Notes under the pieces: model-generated
Told to the model about the DNA's origin: nothing
The model's input: the letters and a program-made list of their open reading frames with translations, nothing else
Databases searched by the model: none
Shown here: in pieces, positions 25,998-38,799 of the stretch
Layout: each line of letters starts with the position of its first letter
Position numbering within the stretch: the first letter of the stretch is position 1
Made by a program: the position numbers and the translations under genes
Assembly: GCF_006345805.1 (NCBI RefSeq)
Contig: NC_043002.1
Span: 38,564,001 to 38,628,000, forward strand
DNA: 64,000 bases
Reading direction: 5' to 3'
Source: Octopus sinensis
Taxonomy: Eukaryota

Positions 25998-27218
25998 CTA
26001 ACAGTTCAATAAATACATATCGTCCTCGAAATAGCTTGTGCCCGCGCCCTCCACCATCAAACACGCCTCCCTCAGAACGTAATCAAGTTCCGAGTTCGCG
26101 TCGCCCAGGACCAAGCTATAATCTTCATTGAGCTCCTTTAGCCCAAGCGTCACGTCGAACGCCACGGCCTCCACAGCTATCTACGGAGACCATTCGGGGT
26201 CCTGTGTGAAGGCTAAAGGAGCTCCCTTGTGGTACTCTTCCATCATTTTTTTTCAATTTCTCCTCCTCTATAGAAGAGGACCAATACGTTCAGTTCTTTC
26301 GTTGGCGGCACAGTTCCCGCCGCCAACGTCTGCGGCTCATGGATATCAGCCGCCCGACCTTTCTTTCTTTTTCTCCTCCTTCTTTTGGGGGAGACTGCTG
26401 ACCCAGGGAACTCCGTCACCAGACACGGGGGATCGCTATCCCCCTCCGCCACCTGAGCGTTCTTTGGCGAGCAGCCATTGTTGCTCGCCTGTCTCTTTCT
26501 TTTCGTGGAGGCAACCTCCTCCACGACTTCCACCGTCTCCCCCTCCAATGAGGGGGCGGCGGGCGCCTTTTCCCCTTCATGCTCCGGGGCACCACCACGG
26601 CCCCCGGGACAATTCCTCTTGATATGTCCGGGCTTCAGGCACAGGTGACACTTGGGGGGGGCGTCCCTCGAGTATCACCGGGTACCTGTGCCCAGCCATT
26701 CTCAGGAAGTCCTGGAATTTCATTTCTCCCACGGCCACCGGTGTCCACAGGGTCAAAGTTGCCTTTGACCCCTCCCAGGCGACCGCGGGAGCCATTTTCA
26801 CACTCAGTAGCCTGGGTCCGCTATCCCCCAGGCCTCGCCGGATCGTCTTCTCGATCCATTCCGCCTCCGTGACCGGGGGCAGCCCACAAACCCAGGCTCT
26901 TTTTACTTTTCTGCCACAATACGAGGGGAGGAACAAAATTTCCTCTCCCTCCAGTGGATCGCTAGCAAATCTGCTAGCTTCCTCGGGGGTACCAAACAGC
27001 AACCACACCGTTGCAAATTTACTCCCCCGAGAAATAAACTTTATCGTTGGTAGGTGGTCCCCCAACTCTTTCTCTATGGTGCTCCTGTCGAAGAGGGCGA
27101 TAGCTTCACGCGACCTAGAATAGGTTCGTAGGACCACCGTCCTCTTCTCAAGACTTTCAATCCACTGCTTGGGTGGGACAACCTCCCATTCCAAAGCAGT
27201 GGTTTCTTTTGTTGCCAT
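25998..27218 (-). pseudogene. ORF1/gag-like protein (RRM-like region plus CCHC zinc knuckle), with two homopolymer frameshifts and one in-frame TAG
   Basis: MATKETTALEWEVV...FLPSYCGRKVKRAWVCGLPP...VILEGRPP, then after a frameshift in the G8 run (26654-26661) KCHLCLKPGHIKRNCP (C-x2-C-x4-H-x4-C) and a basic KRRRRKRKK tract. A frameshift in the T8 run (26246-26253) returns to the start frame. TAG at 26181-26183; final stop at 25998-26000 (1221 nt in total). Confidence 0.8.
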
Positions 27219-27383
27219 GATTTTGAAAAAAAGTTCAACTAAAAGTTCAAAGTCCAATAAGAAAAAAACACAATGACAGCACAGAAAGACAGAACAGAGA
27301 AAAGGACGAAGGAAGACAGTTCAAATAATGGCAACACAGTTCTGCAACTGGTAATCCTCACGAAACAGGGTACTCCTAGTTGC

Positions 27384-27502
27384 AGCACACTTGGTTCTCC
27401 GTGGTAAATCCTAGCACACTTGGTTCTCCGTGGTAAATCCAAGCACAATTGGTTCTCCGTGGTAAATCCAAGCACAATTGGTTCTCCGTGGTAAATCCAA
27501 GC
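27384..27502 (-). repeat. Four tandem 29-bp repeats in the 5' UTR of the ORF1-only element
   Basis: The unit AGCACAMTTGGTTCTCCGTGGTAAATCCW starts at 27384, 27413, 27442 and 27471. Confidence 0.95.
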
Positions 27503-27800
27503 GAACAAATTAATTTTTGAGGAGGGGCTATGCCTCTTCAAAATACACAATTCTCACTAAAAGGTGAGACAATAAATACGCCAACAGGCAGAACAAATAC
27601 ATCCGAAGCAAAGTGAAGCTTATTACGCGCAGAAAAGTGTTAACACTAATTAACATTAATGCCAAAAAAGTATTAACGGCAAGCAATAAACCTCACTATG
27701 CTTCCAAAAATATCCAAAATGTCCTACCTGTTGCCGTAAAATGTTCAATAATTCACGTTAACACGTGACATTTGCCGGAGCAAAAAACAGCACGTCTGTC

Positions 27801-27839
27801 TGGTAAGCAAACTACTTACCACACAGCCACTCCTGCGCC
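27801..27839 (-). mobile_element. SINE family 1, 5' head portion beyond the insertion
   Basis: TGGTAAGCAAACTACTTACCACACAGCCACTCCTGCGCC is the reverse complement of the SINE 5' end. Confidence 0.9.
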
Positions 27840-27850
27840 ATATATATATA

Positions 27851-28160
27851 TAACGGGAAGCTTTATGAAAATAGACAAAAGACGAAGGCAGGTTTACGGA
27901 AATAAACAAAAGACGAAGGCAGGTGGAATACAAACAAACAATTGTATTAGTATGGCGCTCAGGAAATATAAATAAAACAAGTCTTTAACGTTTCGAGCCT
28001 ACGCTCTTCAACAGAAAGATACACAGAGAAGAAACACAGAAAGAAGGAGAGAAAAAAAAATGCGTGCAGAGGCTATCGAATCAACATGGCGATCTGATTT
28101 CGGCCAGAAGTCAAAGATCAAACGTGAGACGCAAGAGCGAAATTAGGGGAGATAATAGTC
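27851..28160 (-). mobile_element. Penelope-like pLTR fragment with A6U hammerhead variant (27982-28019)
   Basis: The minus strand reads TCTTT-CTGTTGA-A-GAGC/gtag/GCTC-GAAAC-GTT-AAAGA and ends at (TA)n 27840-27850. Confidence 0.7.
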
Positions 28161-28278
28161 TTTGGTCGGCCCGTTGTTATAGTAGAGGACACTTGCGCAA
28201 GGTGCGACGCTATGGGACTGAATCCGGAACCATATCTTTAGGAAGCAAGCTTCTTACCACGCAGTCACTCCTGCACCT
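28160..28278 (-). mobile_element. SINE family 1, partial diverged copy
   Basis: TTTGGTCGGCCCG...GACACTTGCGCAAGG...TTACCACGCAGTCACTCCTGCACC. Confidence 0.8.
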
Positions 28279-28315
28279 CCACACAGCCAATGCTGCGCCT
28301 TCACACTGCCACTCC

Positions 28316-28371
<56 letters not shown>

Positions 28372-28388
28372 ATATATATAATTATATA

Positions 28389-28423
<35 letters not shown>

Positions 28424-28434
28424 TATATATATAT

Positions 28435-28469
<35 letters not shown>

Positions 28470-28539
28470 TATATATATGCATACTTATATCTATACATAC
28501 ATATGTATATATATATATAAATGCATATGTATATGTTAA

Positions 28540-28576
<37 letters not shown>

Positions 28577-28919
28577 GCATACGTATAGAAATACATCTAT
28601 AGAAATACAGGAATATATATCGACACAGGCACAGATATGCTCGCATATTTAGCTACACACATGTAGATTGGTACATAGCTGTACTTGTAAATTTCTCAAG
28701 CAATCAGTTTTTCTTCGATTTCGATTCTGTATGTTGCCGGTCTCTCTATATCACTCATTTTATGTAAACATATATGCATGCATAGACACACACACATCCA
28801 AATAAACATATACATTCATATACATGAATGGCGGTGCCCCCAGCATGGCCACATCTCGTGAGCTGAAACTAGATGAAATTAAAATGAAATGAAATACACA
28901 CACAAAACACATATATCTA

Positions 28920-28978
<59 letters not shown>

Positions 28979-28982
<4 letters not shown>

Positions 28983-29437
28983 AAACAAGTCAAAAATAGA
29001 AAATGCTAAAATAATTTTATAGTGAACATTCAGTACCGGTTTCGGTCATTTTGAGACCTTTTCAACTTTAACGATTAAATAATTAAATTTAGAAAAATTA
29101 GAAGAAAAATTTGAATGGTCAAAATACGACCATCAGGGCACTCCCAGATTCTCCCATCCCCCTTTCCCCACCAGCCTTCTTCCTCTACTACCCTTCCAAG
29201 AACTCACAACGACCTCCGACACACAAGTGCAAACAAGGGAGTCAGAGAAAGGCAGAATGCCACTTAAATCTGAACACTACTATAGAAATATTCTTTTAAA
29301 AAAACTTTTCTTCTAATTTTTCTAAATTTAATTATTTAATCGTTACAGTTGAAAAGGTCTCAAAATGACCGAAACCGGTACTGAAATGTTCACTATAAAA
29401 TTATTTTAGCATTTCCTATTTTTGACTTGTTTTTTCA
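28979..29437. mobile_element. Inverted pLTR pair (28979-29109 / 29306-29437) around a roughly 200-bp spacer; each arm has a U3-A8 hammerhead
   Basis: The arms are near-identical reverse complements. Plus copy: CAG-TTGAAAA-GGTC/tcaaaat/GACC-GAAAC-CG-GTA-CTG (29346-29383). Minus copy: 29031-29068. Confidence 0.8.
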
Positions 29438-29506
29438 TATATATCAACTCGTGTGTTCCTTTTCACCCTTATACATATATATATTATATATATATATATA
29501 CATATA

Positions 29507-29565
<59 letters not shown>

Positions 29566-29590
29566 TATATAGATATATATATATATATAT

Positions 29591-29627
<37 letters not shown>

Positions 29628-29792
29628 TATATATACATATATAACGTAAATATTTATATAGAAATATATATGTATATACATATATATATGCATGCATACA
29701 TGCGTATATGTGTGTATATATACTTAGATATACAATGATATATATATGTATATATTTTTATATATATATACATACATACATACATACATACA

Positions 29793-29823
<31 letters not shown>

Positions 29824-30244
29824 GTATGTGTTTATGTGTTTATAAAACCACTCCATCCTAATGACTGCTTAGTTGCTTTGCACGACATCTACGTTGTAGC
29901 TGAACGCGTCCAGGAAATGGTATTTTTTTGTACACGTCACTTACTATTGTAATCTACAAGCTATTTATGTTGTTAGTATAACGGTTACCAAACCGAACAA
30001 TATGACATCTCAGACACTCGTGTCTACAGGTTTAGACTTGGTTAATTCATGCAGCAACACTCAACAGTCTTCGTGCACGCTTTGTAATATCAATGTGTTT
30101 AAAAAATATACTTTAGAACAACTTTAGACCATATTTTGCCCATTGTGCCATTGCATCGAGGTTTAAGACTACACCCATACGCTCATAAAGACTCACATTC
30201 CTCCCACACACTCATATTCACACACACGCACGCACACACACACA

Positions 30245-30436
30245 CGCATTGTTTTAGCCTTCAAATGACGCTACCACGCTGGCTAAGCGAGTAGGCCAAC
30301 AGAAGAAAGAGTGAGAGGAAGTTGTGGCGAAAGAGTACATCAGGGATCGCCAGCACCGCCTGCCGTAGCCTCATGGAGCTTTAGGTGTTTTCACTCAATA
30401 AACACTCACAACGCCCGGTCTGGGAATCGAAACCGC

Positions 30437-30438
<2 letters not shown>
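30245..30438 (-). mobile_element. SINE family 3, tail type A, partial
   Basis: Reverse complement of the 23100-23300 body; the head is cut at the (TA)n tract. Confidence 0.85.
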
Positions 30439-30496
<58 letters not shown>

Positions 30497-30831
30497 AACT
30501 TAGTTTAGTTGAATTATGCTTGTATCATATCGCAGCTGCTAAAAGGCAAATTTACCGGAGCTACAGTGTAGAACATTTTCTCTTGCGGTAAAAAGGTGTA
30601 AAAACAATAGATCTACGCAGCCCGCCCCTGTCGGATTCCCAGACATCGATATCTTTAGCCGTTATCAATGGGAAATGCTTAAGTGAGACAACTCTGGGTT
30701 TACCTTATTGAAGCTATGGCTTTAACCGAAATACAGTCAACAACATTGACTTATTTGCACTAGTAGTCTGTTGAGGTTGTGGAAATGACCGTAATATTAC
30801 GGCCGTTTTGGGGCAATGCTTTGAGGGTTTT

Positions 30832-31143
30832 TATTTTTTACGCGCCCTTTTCAAGCCTAGCCAGGCTCAAGGGCCCGGTCTCCCAGTTTCTATGGCGTAT
30901 GTGATCCCCCCTCCCCCAGCTGGACGGGACGCCAGTTCATCGCAGCGTTACTCAAGAAACAGGAGGACAAATTGAGAGAAAGTTGGGGCGAAAGAGTACA
31001 ACATGGGTCGCCCCAACTCCTAACGGATCTCGTGGAGCTTTAGGTGATTTCGCTCAGTAAACACACAACGCCCGGTCTGGGAATTGAAACCGCGATCCTC
31101 ACGCCGCGAGTTCGCTGCCCTAACCACTGGGCCATTGCGCCTC
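30832..31143 (-). mobile_element. SINE family 3 head and body with an alternative tail (MetaSINE/V-like central domain)
   Basis: Same head as 23065. The tail reads CTGCGATGAACTGGCGTCCCGTCCAG...CATAGAAACTGGGA, ends A-rich, and is flanked by CTTTGAGG direct repeats (30819 and 31147). Confidence 0.75.
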
Positions 31144-31638
31144 GACCTTTGAGGTTTTAGTCAAACAAATTAACTCCAGTGCTTATTTTAAATCTTGTTA
31201 TTTAGTCTAATGGTCTCTTTTTACGAACCGCTAAATTGCGTTGTCGTAAATAATACCAATACTATAAAACGATGGTGGTGGACAAACAGAAACATGAAGA
31301 CCAACACACACACGCACAAACAAACAAACAACAAGCCCACAAACAAATATACGCACACACACACACACACAGATATGTATATAAACATACCCAAATATAA
31401 GCACATGCAAAAGCAGAGCTACCCAATATCCCACTCATACAATTATAAATGTATTATAAATTATAGGCATGTATCCTGCATGTATATACACCAATCCCTC
31501 GCCATATCGCAGTTCACCTAGCGCGGTTTATTATTTAAGCTTACGTTGTTTTGCATTCATGATAAAATAAATATATACAAATTGCAAAAATGATGAAAGA
31601 AATATACAGTACAGTACTGTTTCTACTTCGTGGATATC

Positions 31639-31933
31639 CAGAACGTAACGGCAGACGAAATACCGCTAGGCATTTCGCCCGGTTTGCTAACGTTTCTTAT
31701 TTCTTTTACTGCCTACAAGGGGCTACATACAGGGGGGGGGGCAAAAAACGACAGACAAACGGATCTAGTCGATTACATCGACCCCAGTGCGTAACTGGTA
31801 CTTAATTTATAGACCCAGAAAGAATGAAAGGCAAAGTCGATCTCGGCTGAATTTGAACTCAGAACGTAACGGCAGGCAAAATGCTGCTAGGCATTTCGCC
31901 CGGTGTGCTAACGTTTCTGCCAGCTCGCCGCCT
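31639..31933 (-). mobile_element. SINE family 2 (head GGCGGCGAGCTGGCAGAAACGTTAGC...GAGTTCAAATT) plus a partial duplicated head at 31639-31696
   Basis: B-box-like GAGTTCAAATTC; related copies at 43660-44090, 42663 and 60985. Confidence 0.85.
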
Positions 31934-33016
31934 TTCTAGTTGAGGGATTACTGTACATATGAAAGTTGAGAAAGACATTCAGAGGTAGATACGTAAACAT
32001 AGCAAGAAAACTTATGTGTTAAAAATTCCTAGGATGAAGAAAAGTCGAAGTTAGCTACATTTACACCGATTCCCACCATATGTGTATGTGCGTGTGTCTT
32101 CATATATATGATTCTGTGTTTACACATACAAATATGCATAGTAGTGATAATGATCTTACTGCGTACAGTGCTGATCGTGCACAACTAATCGCCAGAAAAC
32201 AGTAAAAAAGGGGAGAGAAGACAGTAACTTGTTCAAAATATCCAAAATAAAGCACAAGAAGATAGTTTAAACAAACGGTAGGCCATCCACGGTTATAAAA
32301 CTGTGCGTAGGTACGTGAGGTGTAGAGTTAAAGAATTTCAGGAAGTTTGGAATTTTTGAATACTGCAGTGTCCTGACAGCTAACAACCGATGCGAGTTTA
32401 TATGCGGACCAAAATAGTTACTCGCAACCTCATGTATGCGGGTAGGTATTTTGGTAAGTGTATTTCCCTATGGATTTAATGTGACCCATAACTTACGATC
32501 AATGTGGTAGATGAAAACTCAATAGAAATAAGTGAAGTGCGTGCACACACAGGCATCCACATGCTCCTACACTAGCACGCATACACTCACATACATATAT
32601 ATATATACACGTAATATTTATACGTATATGCGTGCGTATATATTGCGTCCCCTGAAACGAAAAAAGGGAGCCTGAAACCATTTGCTAGAGATCAATGCAA
32701 ATATCTAACGCTATACATGTACTTGGGTCGATATAATCGATCAACACTTTTAAAGGCCATGCCCCAGCATGGCCGTAGAACAATAATGAAAATCAATAAA
32801 AGAATACACAATTACATATATATGTATGTATGTATGTCTCTCTATATATACATGTGTGTGTACATATATATATATATTGATACATATATACGTGCATATA
32901 TATATATATTCAAACACAATGGTATATCTATCTCCCTCTCATATATATGATATATAATAATATGTATACATATATATATATGTACACACGCAATTATGCA
33001 TATATGTATATATATA

Positions 33017-33061
<45 letters not shown>

Positions 33062-33899
33062 ATATATAAGTACATAGTTGAAGTTATCGATCTGCACCTG
33101 AAACGCAAATATAATGTAATAAAAGGAAGAACAGAAAGAGCAAAAACAAACGTGCAATTAATAACTGTATTTGTTTCTGAACATATCGAACAGATCCTGG
33201 ATTTAATATGTTGCAGATTTCGACCCAGTGCTTATGTTAATAAATCAATTCACATGATATTTAAAAGCAGTAAAGTAGCGGAAATCGTCCTACTGAATGT
33301 GAATTAGTTTTGTGTACATTTATTATGAATTCGCTTTCGCAAAATTTTCACCTCTGTCTATCATTTTACATCCATCTTCGGACAATAGAGATGTCCAATA
33401 TTTATACGCATTCAATTTTTTCTTTCAGTTATATACTTATACGCCTAAGATAGTTTTATACCTCATTGCCAATAAATAAGTAAATCGAATTCTGGAAATT
33501 TACACTCACATACGCAGAAAATAAAATAAAAGGAACACACATACTTGCACACAAACACACACGTGAGCCGACATATACACACACACACAAATTCATCACG
33601 CACATAATCACGTGGTCTTTGCCTTCACATATCTTCACACTCTCATACCACATGCGTAAACAAATACATAGGCACACATGAAACAATGAATTATATCATT
33701 AGCCTTTGCGGGAGAAATATTTAATTGCTGAGAGTTCACAATGACCCTATAGCAAATCAGTGATATGACTTGCCAGAGCCATGTTGATTTAGCTTTCAGC
33801 ATCAATGATTTGACGCTGACTTAGTTGACATCCGACGTTTTGATGTTTATGTTTATGTTTATTAAACAAACGGAGAGAATATTTTGCAAATGCATTACA

Positions 33900-34560
33900 T
33901 AAAGAAATTATGTAATTTATAGAAAAACTAAAGATGAAGACATGTGTATAAACAACAACCAGGTCTATTAGTTTGACGCTCGGTAAATGGTAAATGAAAG
34001 AGTCTTTTACGTTTCGAGCCTAAGCTCATCAACAGAAAGGAAAACGAGAAAATAAACAGAGAAAGAAGGAAAAAACTGTGGATTTAATGGTCATGAATGG
34101 TGACTGATTAGAAAACTTTTTTTGAAAGAAGAGGTAGGAAAAAGGGAAATAATTAAAATGCTGGTGATCCCAATGAATGTGCGCGTGCGTCTCTGTGTGT
34201 GAGAGAATGGTGTGTGTGAATGTGTAAGTGTTCGTGTGTGAATAGGGGCTAGTTACTTTGACAAGTCTTTGATAAGTCTGGGTGTGTAAGTGTGTAAGTG
34301 TGTGCTTTTGTAACCTGTGGCTGCCCATATAGCAGTATGTGTGTTGACGCTATTGAAGATCGTGTTGGGCGTGTGGATGATAGTGTGTGGTGTGGGTGCT
34401 GGGAAGTGGTCAGTGCTAGTGTGTGTATGGAGTGGTGGGGGATTTGAGGGGGTAGGGGTATCAATGAAGAGTTCAAGTGTGTAGGAGTGAAGAGAGTAAG
34501 TGAATGTCAGATGTAAAGAGGAATCGCCTACACATCAAAATTCTTGAGAGGTTTCACCAG
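33900..34560 (-). mobile_element. Penelope-like 3' region/pLTR with A6U hammerhead variant (34004-34039)
   Basis: The minus strand reads CCTTT-CTGTTGA-T-GAGC/ttag/GCTC-GAAAC-GTA-AAAG followed by GAGCGTCAAACTAATA, as in the other copies. The upstream boundary is approximate. Confidence 0.6.
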
Positions 34561-35174
34561 AAATATGTTAGACGACTCATGATCATCAATTGTAAATCTT
34601 TCACATCAAACACGGGAGTGCTGAAGAAAAGTGAGCAGTCTCAGAATGAGCACTGATCACACCAAGTGCCACATGAAGTATGTCGATCATAATTTCAGAC
34701 TTCAGAAGCAATTACTTTACAGAATATTTGCTTTCTGTAAGCAATCTCAACACAAACCAAAATGTATATATATATATATATATATATTTGCCATCTTAAG
34801 CTTTTGTAAAGAAGTCTATAGGTGTTTCTCTTTTGTTACATTGGCGGTTGTGAGAGTATTTTTGTTGATTTTGGTATTTTTTTTATTTAATCCTTTTGCT
34901 TTGGCAATACGCAGGTGAAAGGTGAAAGCTTGTTTACAAAGTCCTACATGCACAAATAAATTCTAAATAATAACATAAACCCCAAATATAATCAATAAAA
35001 TTATTTTCAAAACACCTTTCCATGTAAACCAAATTACTCAATCCCACATACCCAAAAGTGATTTTTGGCCAAACAGACTATATAAAGGCAAAACCTGACA
35101 CCAATACATCTCAGACCGACGATGGCTTAGCTGACCGAAACTGTCTGCAACATTCTTGTATAAGAATACTAAAT

Positions 35175-35208
<34 letters not shown>

Positions 35209-37756
35209 CCTTTCTGACACTGTGCATACATCATTAATAAACATCTTTGTTTCATTTGCATGTTTTGTGCTCTATTTTTCTCTTTGACACTATGTCAACG
35301 GTATCCTAGAAAATCTATGAGCTCTTGTAATCATCTTGTGATTTTCTGTATCAGGGATTATATGGTTCGCTTTATCCGTTTGTTAATAAGGTAGTAGATT
35401 GTTTTATTTTTACGTCAGATTCTGTGGTTGCAGTAGATAACATTGTACGAAATTGGCTATTTGGTTGAATATACATCTAGTAATGTTATATAATATCTAC
35501 TAACAAATGATGACAGATAAATTTGATCATAGTTAAATTTCATTTCGGAAATAGATCCCATTTTGTGTCATACGATATTGATTTCCAGAGTTATGGAGGA
35601 TGTTCATTTTATTTCACTTCACACAAAAGTCATCATTGTTACTATCGTTGTTTTTCCCAAAGTCATTCATAATCAAGCAGACCTATTATCAAATGAACTA
35701 CAGTCTTGATCATCCGCTTACTTGCAAATCCCCACGACTGCATTATACAATATAATTTTTCTGTTTTGAAGAAGATAGGTTTTTACGTGTTGCTTGAATT
35801 GGTGTACAAGCGCGTCTCAAGATCTATTAACATCATAGATTATTTGAATTGACTTCTATAAGGTTTAAAACCTGAATTAAGATTTCACAAATCTACGTTT
35901 TTGGTTTACATAGACAGAATTCATATATTAATGTTCCAAGATAAAGATGGAAAACTTGATTTCAGATATGTATGTGAAATGCTTTTGTCCAAGAATTGAA
36001 ACTGCAATCTAGATTTCTCAAGACAATCACCATGTTTCTCTTCATCTAAGCAACTAATGTTATCGCAGCTGTTAGAATTTATAATGCGTATAGTCATCAC
36101 ATATTCAGAAAATATTTAGTTCGTTAAACTCAAAATATAACTTAGGGGATATAAACTGAATATTTTTATATAATTTCTACGAATGGCTGAAACCGCTTTC
36201 TGATATCCACCATGAGACATTCTCTCAGAATAACGAATTCATTTTTATTAGCTATATAATTCTATTTTATATAGTATAACGGCTTCATATTACAGATAAA
36301 CTGGTGGCATAACTGAGCTGGAATCTATTCAACTAAGCTTTTCAGGACTTTCTTGTAGCTCAATATGCGAAAATATTGAAAGCAAATCCGACATTGAAAG
36401 TCTTTCCTTTCATTTAAGCGATTAGTGCCTTAAAGAGAAAAAATATATAGATCACATTTTCCCCAATTCCAAATCCCCTAAAATATAAATTATCCGTGAT
36501 TAATCAAATGGAAAACAATATTCAAAGAATTTTGACGGAGAGAGAGAGAGCGATAATGTACCGCACATACATTATACAAATCATTTTTGCAGGTTTTTCA
36601 ACAAGAAAATTGCAGAAACTTCTTTCCTAAGCTACAAAAGACTACCATCATTGAACTCACTAAAATAAATAGCATACTCCTGTTTTCATGTTCAGTTCAA
36701 CACGTATGGTTATTGATTATTTACATTGTTTGGAACCAGTCAACGTTTGGTAGACTATAAAACAGTGAATAGGAATGACGTAACAAACACCGAAAAAATT
36801 TCTTCCACTGTGACATACAATGGCAATACGCCCAAAGTCTGTCTTGTAGGAGAGATGATGATTATCAGCACGTTTGTTTATTATTACACCATGGTATTTG
36901 CTTACGCCAATTTCGACAATGGAAGGCATCTTGAAGTTGTATATGCTCACGTTTAGTAGTTAGAAAAAATGTTTACTGCCACTAAATAGACGCTGGAAGT
37001 CATAGCTTGTTCCTGCAGTAAATTTAGATGCTACATCATGCACCACTTAAGATAACTCTGAACTTTTCGATATTTCAAGAATGAGATTCAAAACATACAA
37101 TGGCCACGTGATTTAAGGCAGTGACATTTCAAATCCGTTCCTATTTATTTGCTTGTTGTGGTTTTGTTATTGATAACGTGTGAAGAACTGAGTTATTTTT
37201 CACACACGTTCATAGTTATTTCGTGTTTTTTTAGAAGGATTAAATGAATGGGAAATAGCGGAACACTTATTTTACTATGTCTGTAGGTCGATGAACATTT
37301 CACCTTCTATATAACAGAAGTGAGGAATAAAGAAATATCACAGAGAGTTTTTGACCCTACATATCAAATCTTGTATTATAGCAAATATCTTTTGTTAACA
37401 AGATGGCGGTATCCACTGAGTGAAATGATATTACATGCTAGTAATTAGTAAGTTAATTATAAAGTGGCTCTCGCTGCGAAACCTTAGCTAAGGCTATCAT
37501 TTAAGATATTAGCTACTACTGTTCTCTCATTACGTATTCCACGTTTTCTACGCCTACGAAAATTTAAATGGTGGGGAAATACGTCAACTCTCTTATTAAA
37601 TAAGTAAAATTCCAATTCCGTTATGTGTTAAGTGCGGTTTCCTTTCGTCTATTGAATCATTCGTATGTATGCGTGCATGTGCATATATAAATACATACAT
37701 ACTTACATACGTTGATAGATATATAGATACATACATATATACATACATAGAATGAA

Positions 37757-38053
<297 letters not shown>

Positions 38054-38799
38054 ATATTGAAGTACAAAATTTTCATATGAGCTGAATGTTATCTGACTAT
38101 ATGAAACAGTTATTATAAACCATATGTATATACCCGTCCGATTCGATTACTTGATAAAATGCTACTGCGATTTGTAATTACTTTTGATTCATTCATCAAA
38201 ATATATTAGATATATTTTCTCGTATGTATTTTAATAGTGTAAATACGAAACTTTACATAATTTTGGCCAGCATAATTGGCCCCACATAATTTTGGCCAAC
38301 CCAACATGGGCAGGGTAATATTTTACCACCCTTGTTACCTAGTGGGTCTATAATGAGACTATTTCTAGAAGTCATACTATCCATTAAATGAAAACAAGTA
38401 GCAAGCCGTTATTCTCGTACATTGCAATGAATTATGTAAAAAACGAAATTGGTTTGTAATTATATAGGTTGAAATATTTAATTATGTATTGATGCAAATA
38501 GGTACTTAAGAGTGTCTAATAATGCTTTTCGAAAGGATTTGAATGTAAAAACATACTTTGGAATCCGTAAACTTGAAATGATTTGTTTGTTGTAAGTTGT
38601 TTTGAGTAGGATATGATATTTTGGAATATACAATAATGTATTTTGAAAAAATATGACTGTATTAATCTGTTTTCCAATGCATATTATTGTATTTTGAAAT
38701 GAATTAATTGAAATATTATAAATTAGAATTTATTACTAACAATGTAAAAGGGAAAAAACCTATTGACATATTATTATTTATTTTGCTTATCCTCTCATT

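Larger units (their letters stand above)
25689..27800 (-). mobile_element. 2.1-kb non-autonomous, ORF1-only non-LTR retroposon (HAL1-like organisation; L1/Tx1-type ORF1)
   Basis: 17-bp TSD TGGTAAGCAAGCTACTT (25672-25688) / TGGTAAGCAAACTACTT (27801-27817). The 3' end ...GAAATA merges into target As. It has a single ORF1-like frame and no RT or endonuclease. Confidence 0.8.

Noticed and set aside
27384-27502. CRISPR-like 29-bp repeats
   Set aside because: Head-to-tail tandem units without spacers, inside a eukaryotic retroposon UTR.
25375-35175. Two related repeats (25375-25450 and 35105-35175) with a CCGACGA...GAA hammerhead-like core
   Set aside because: Both have U4C, and stems I and III do not close convincingly. 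They may be decayed hammerheads but were not counted.
36717-36956. Overlapping 76/77-aa ORFs on both strands
   Set aside because: No recognisable motif and no consistent splice frame.
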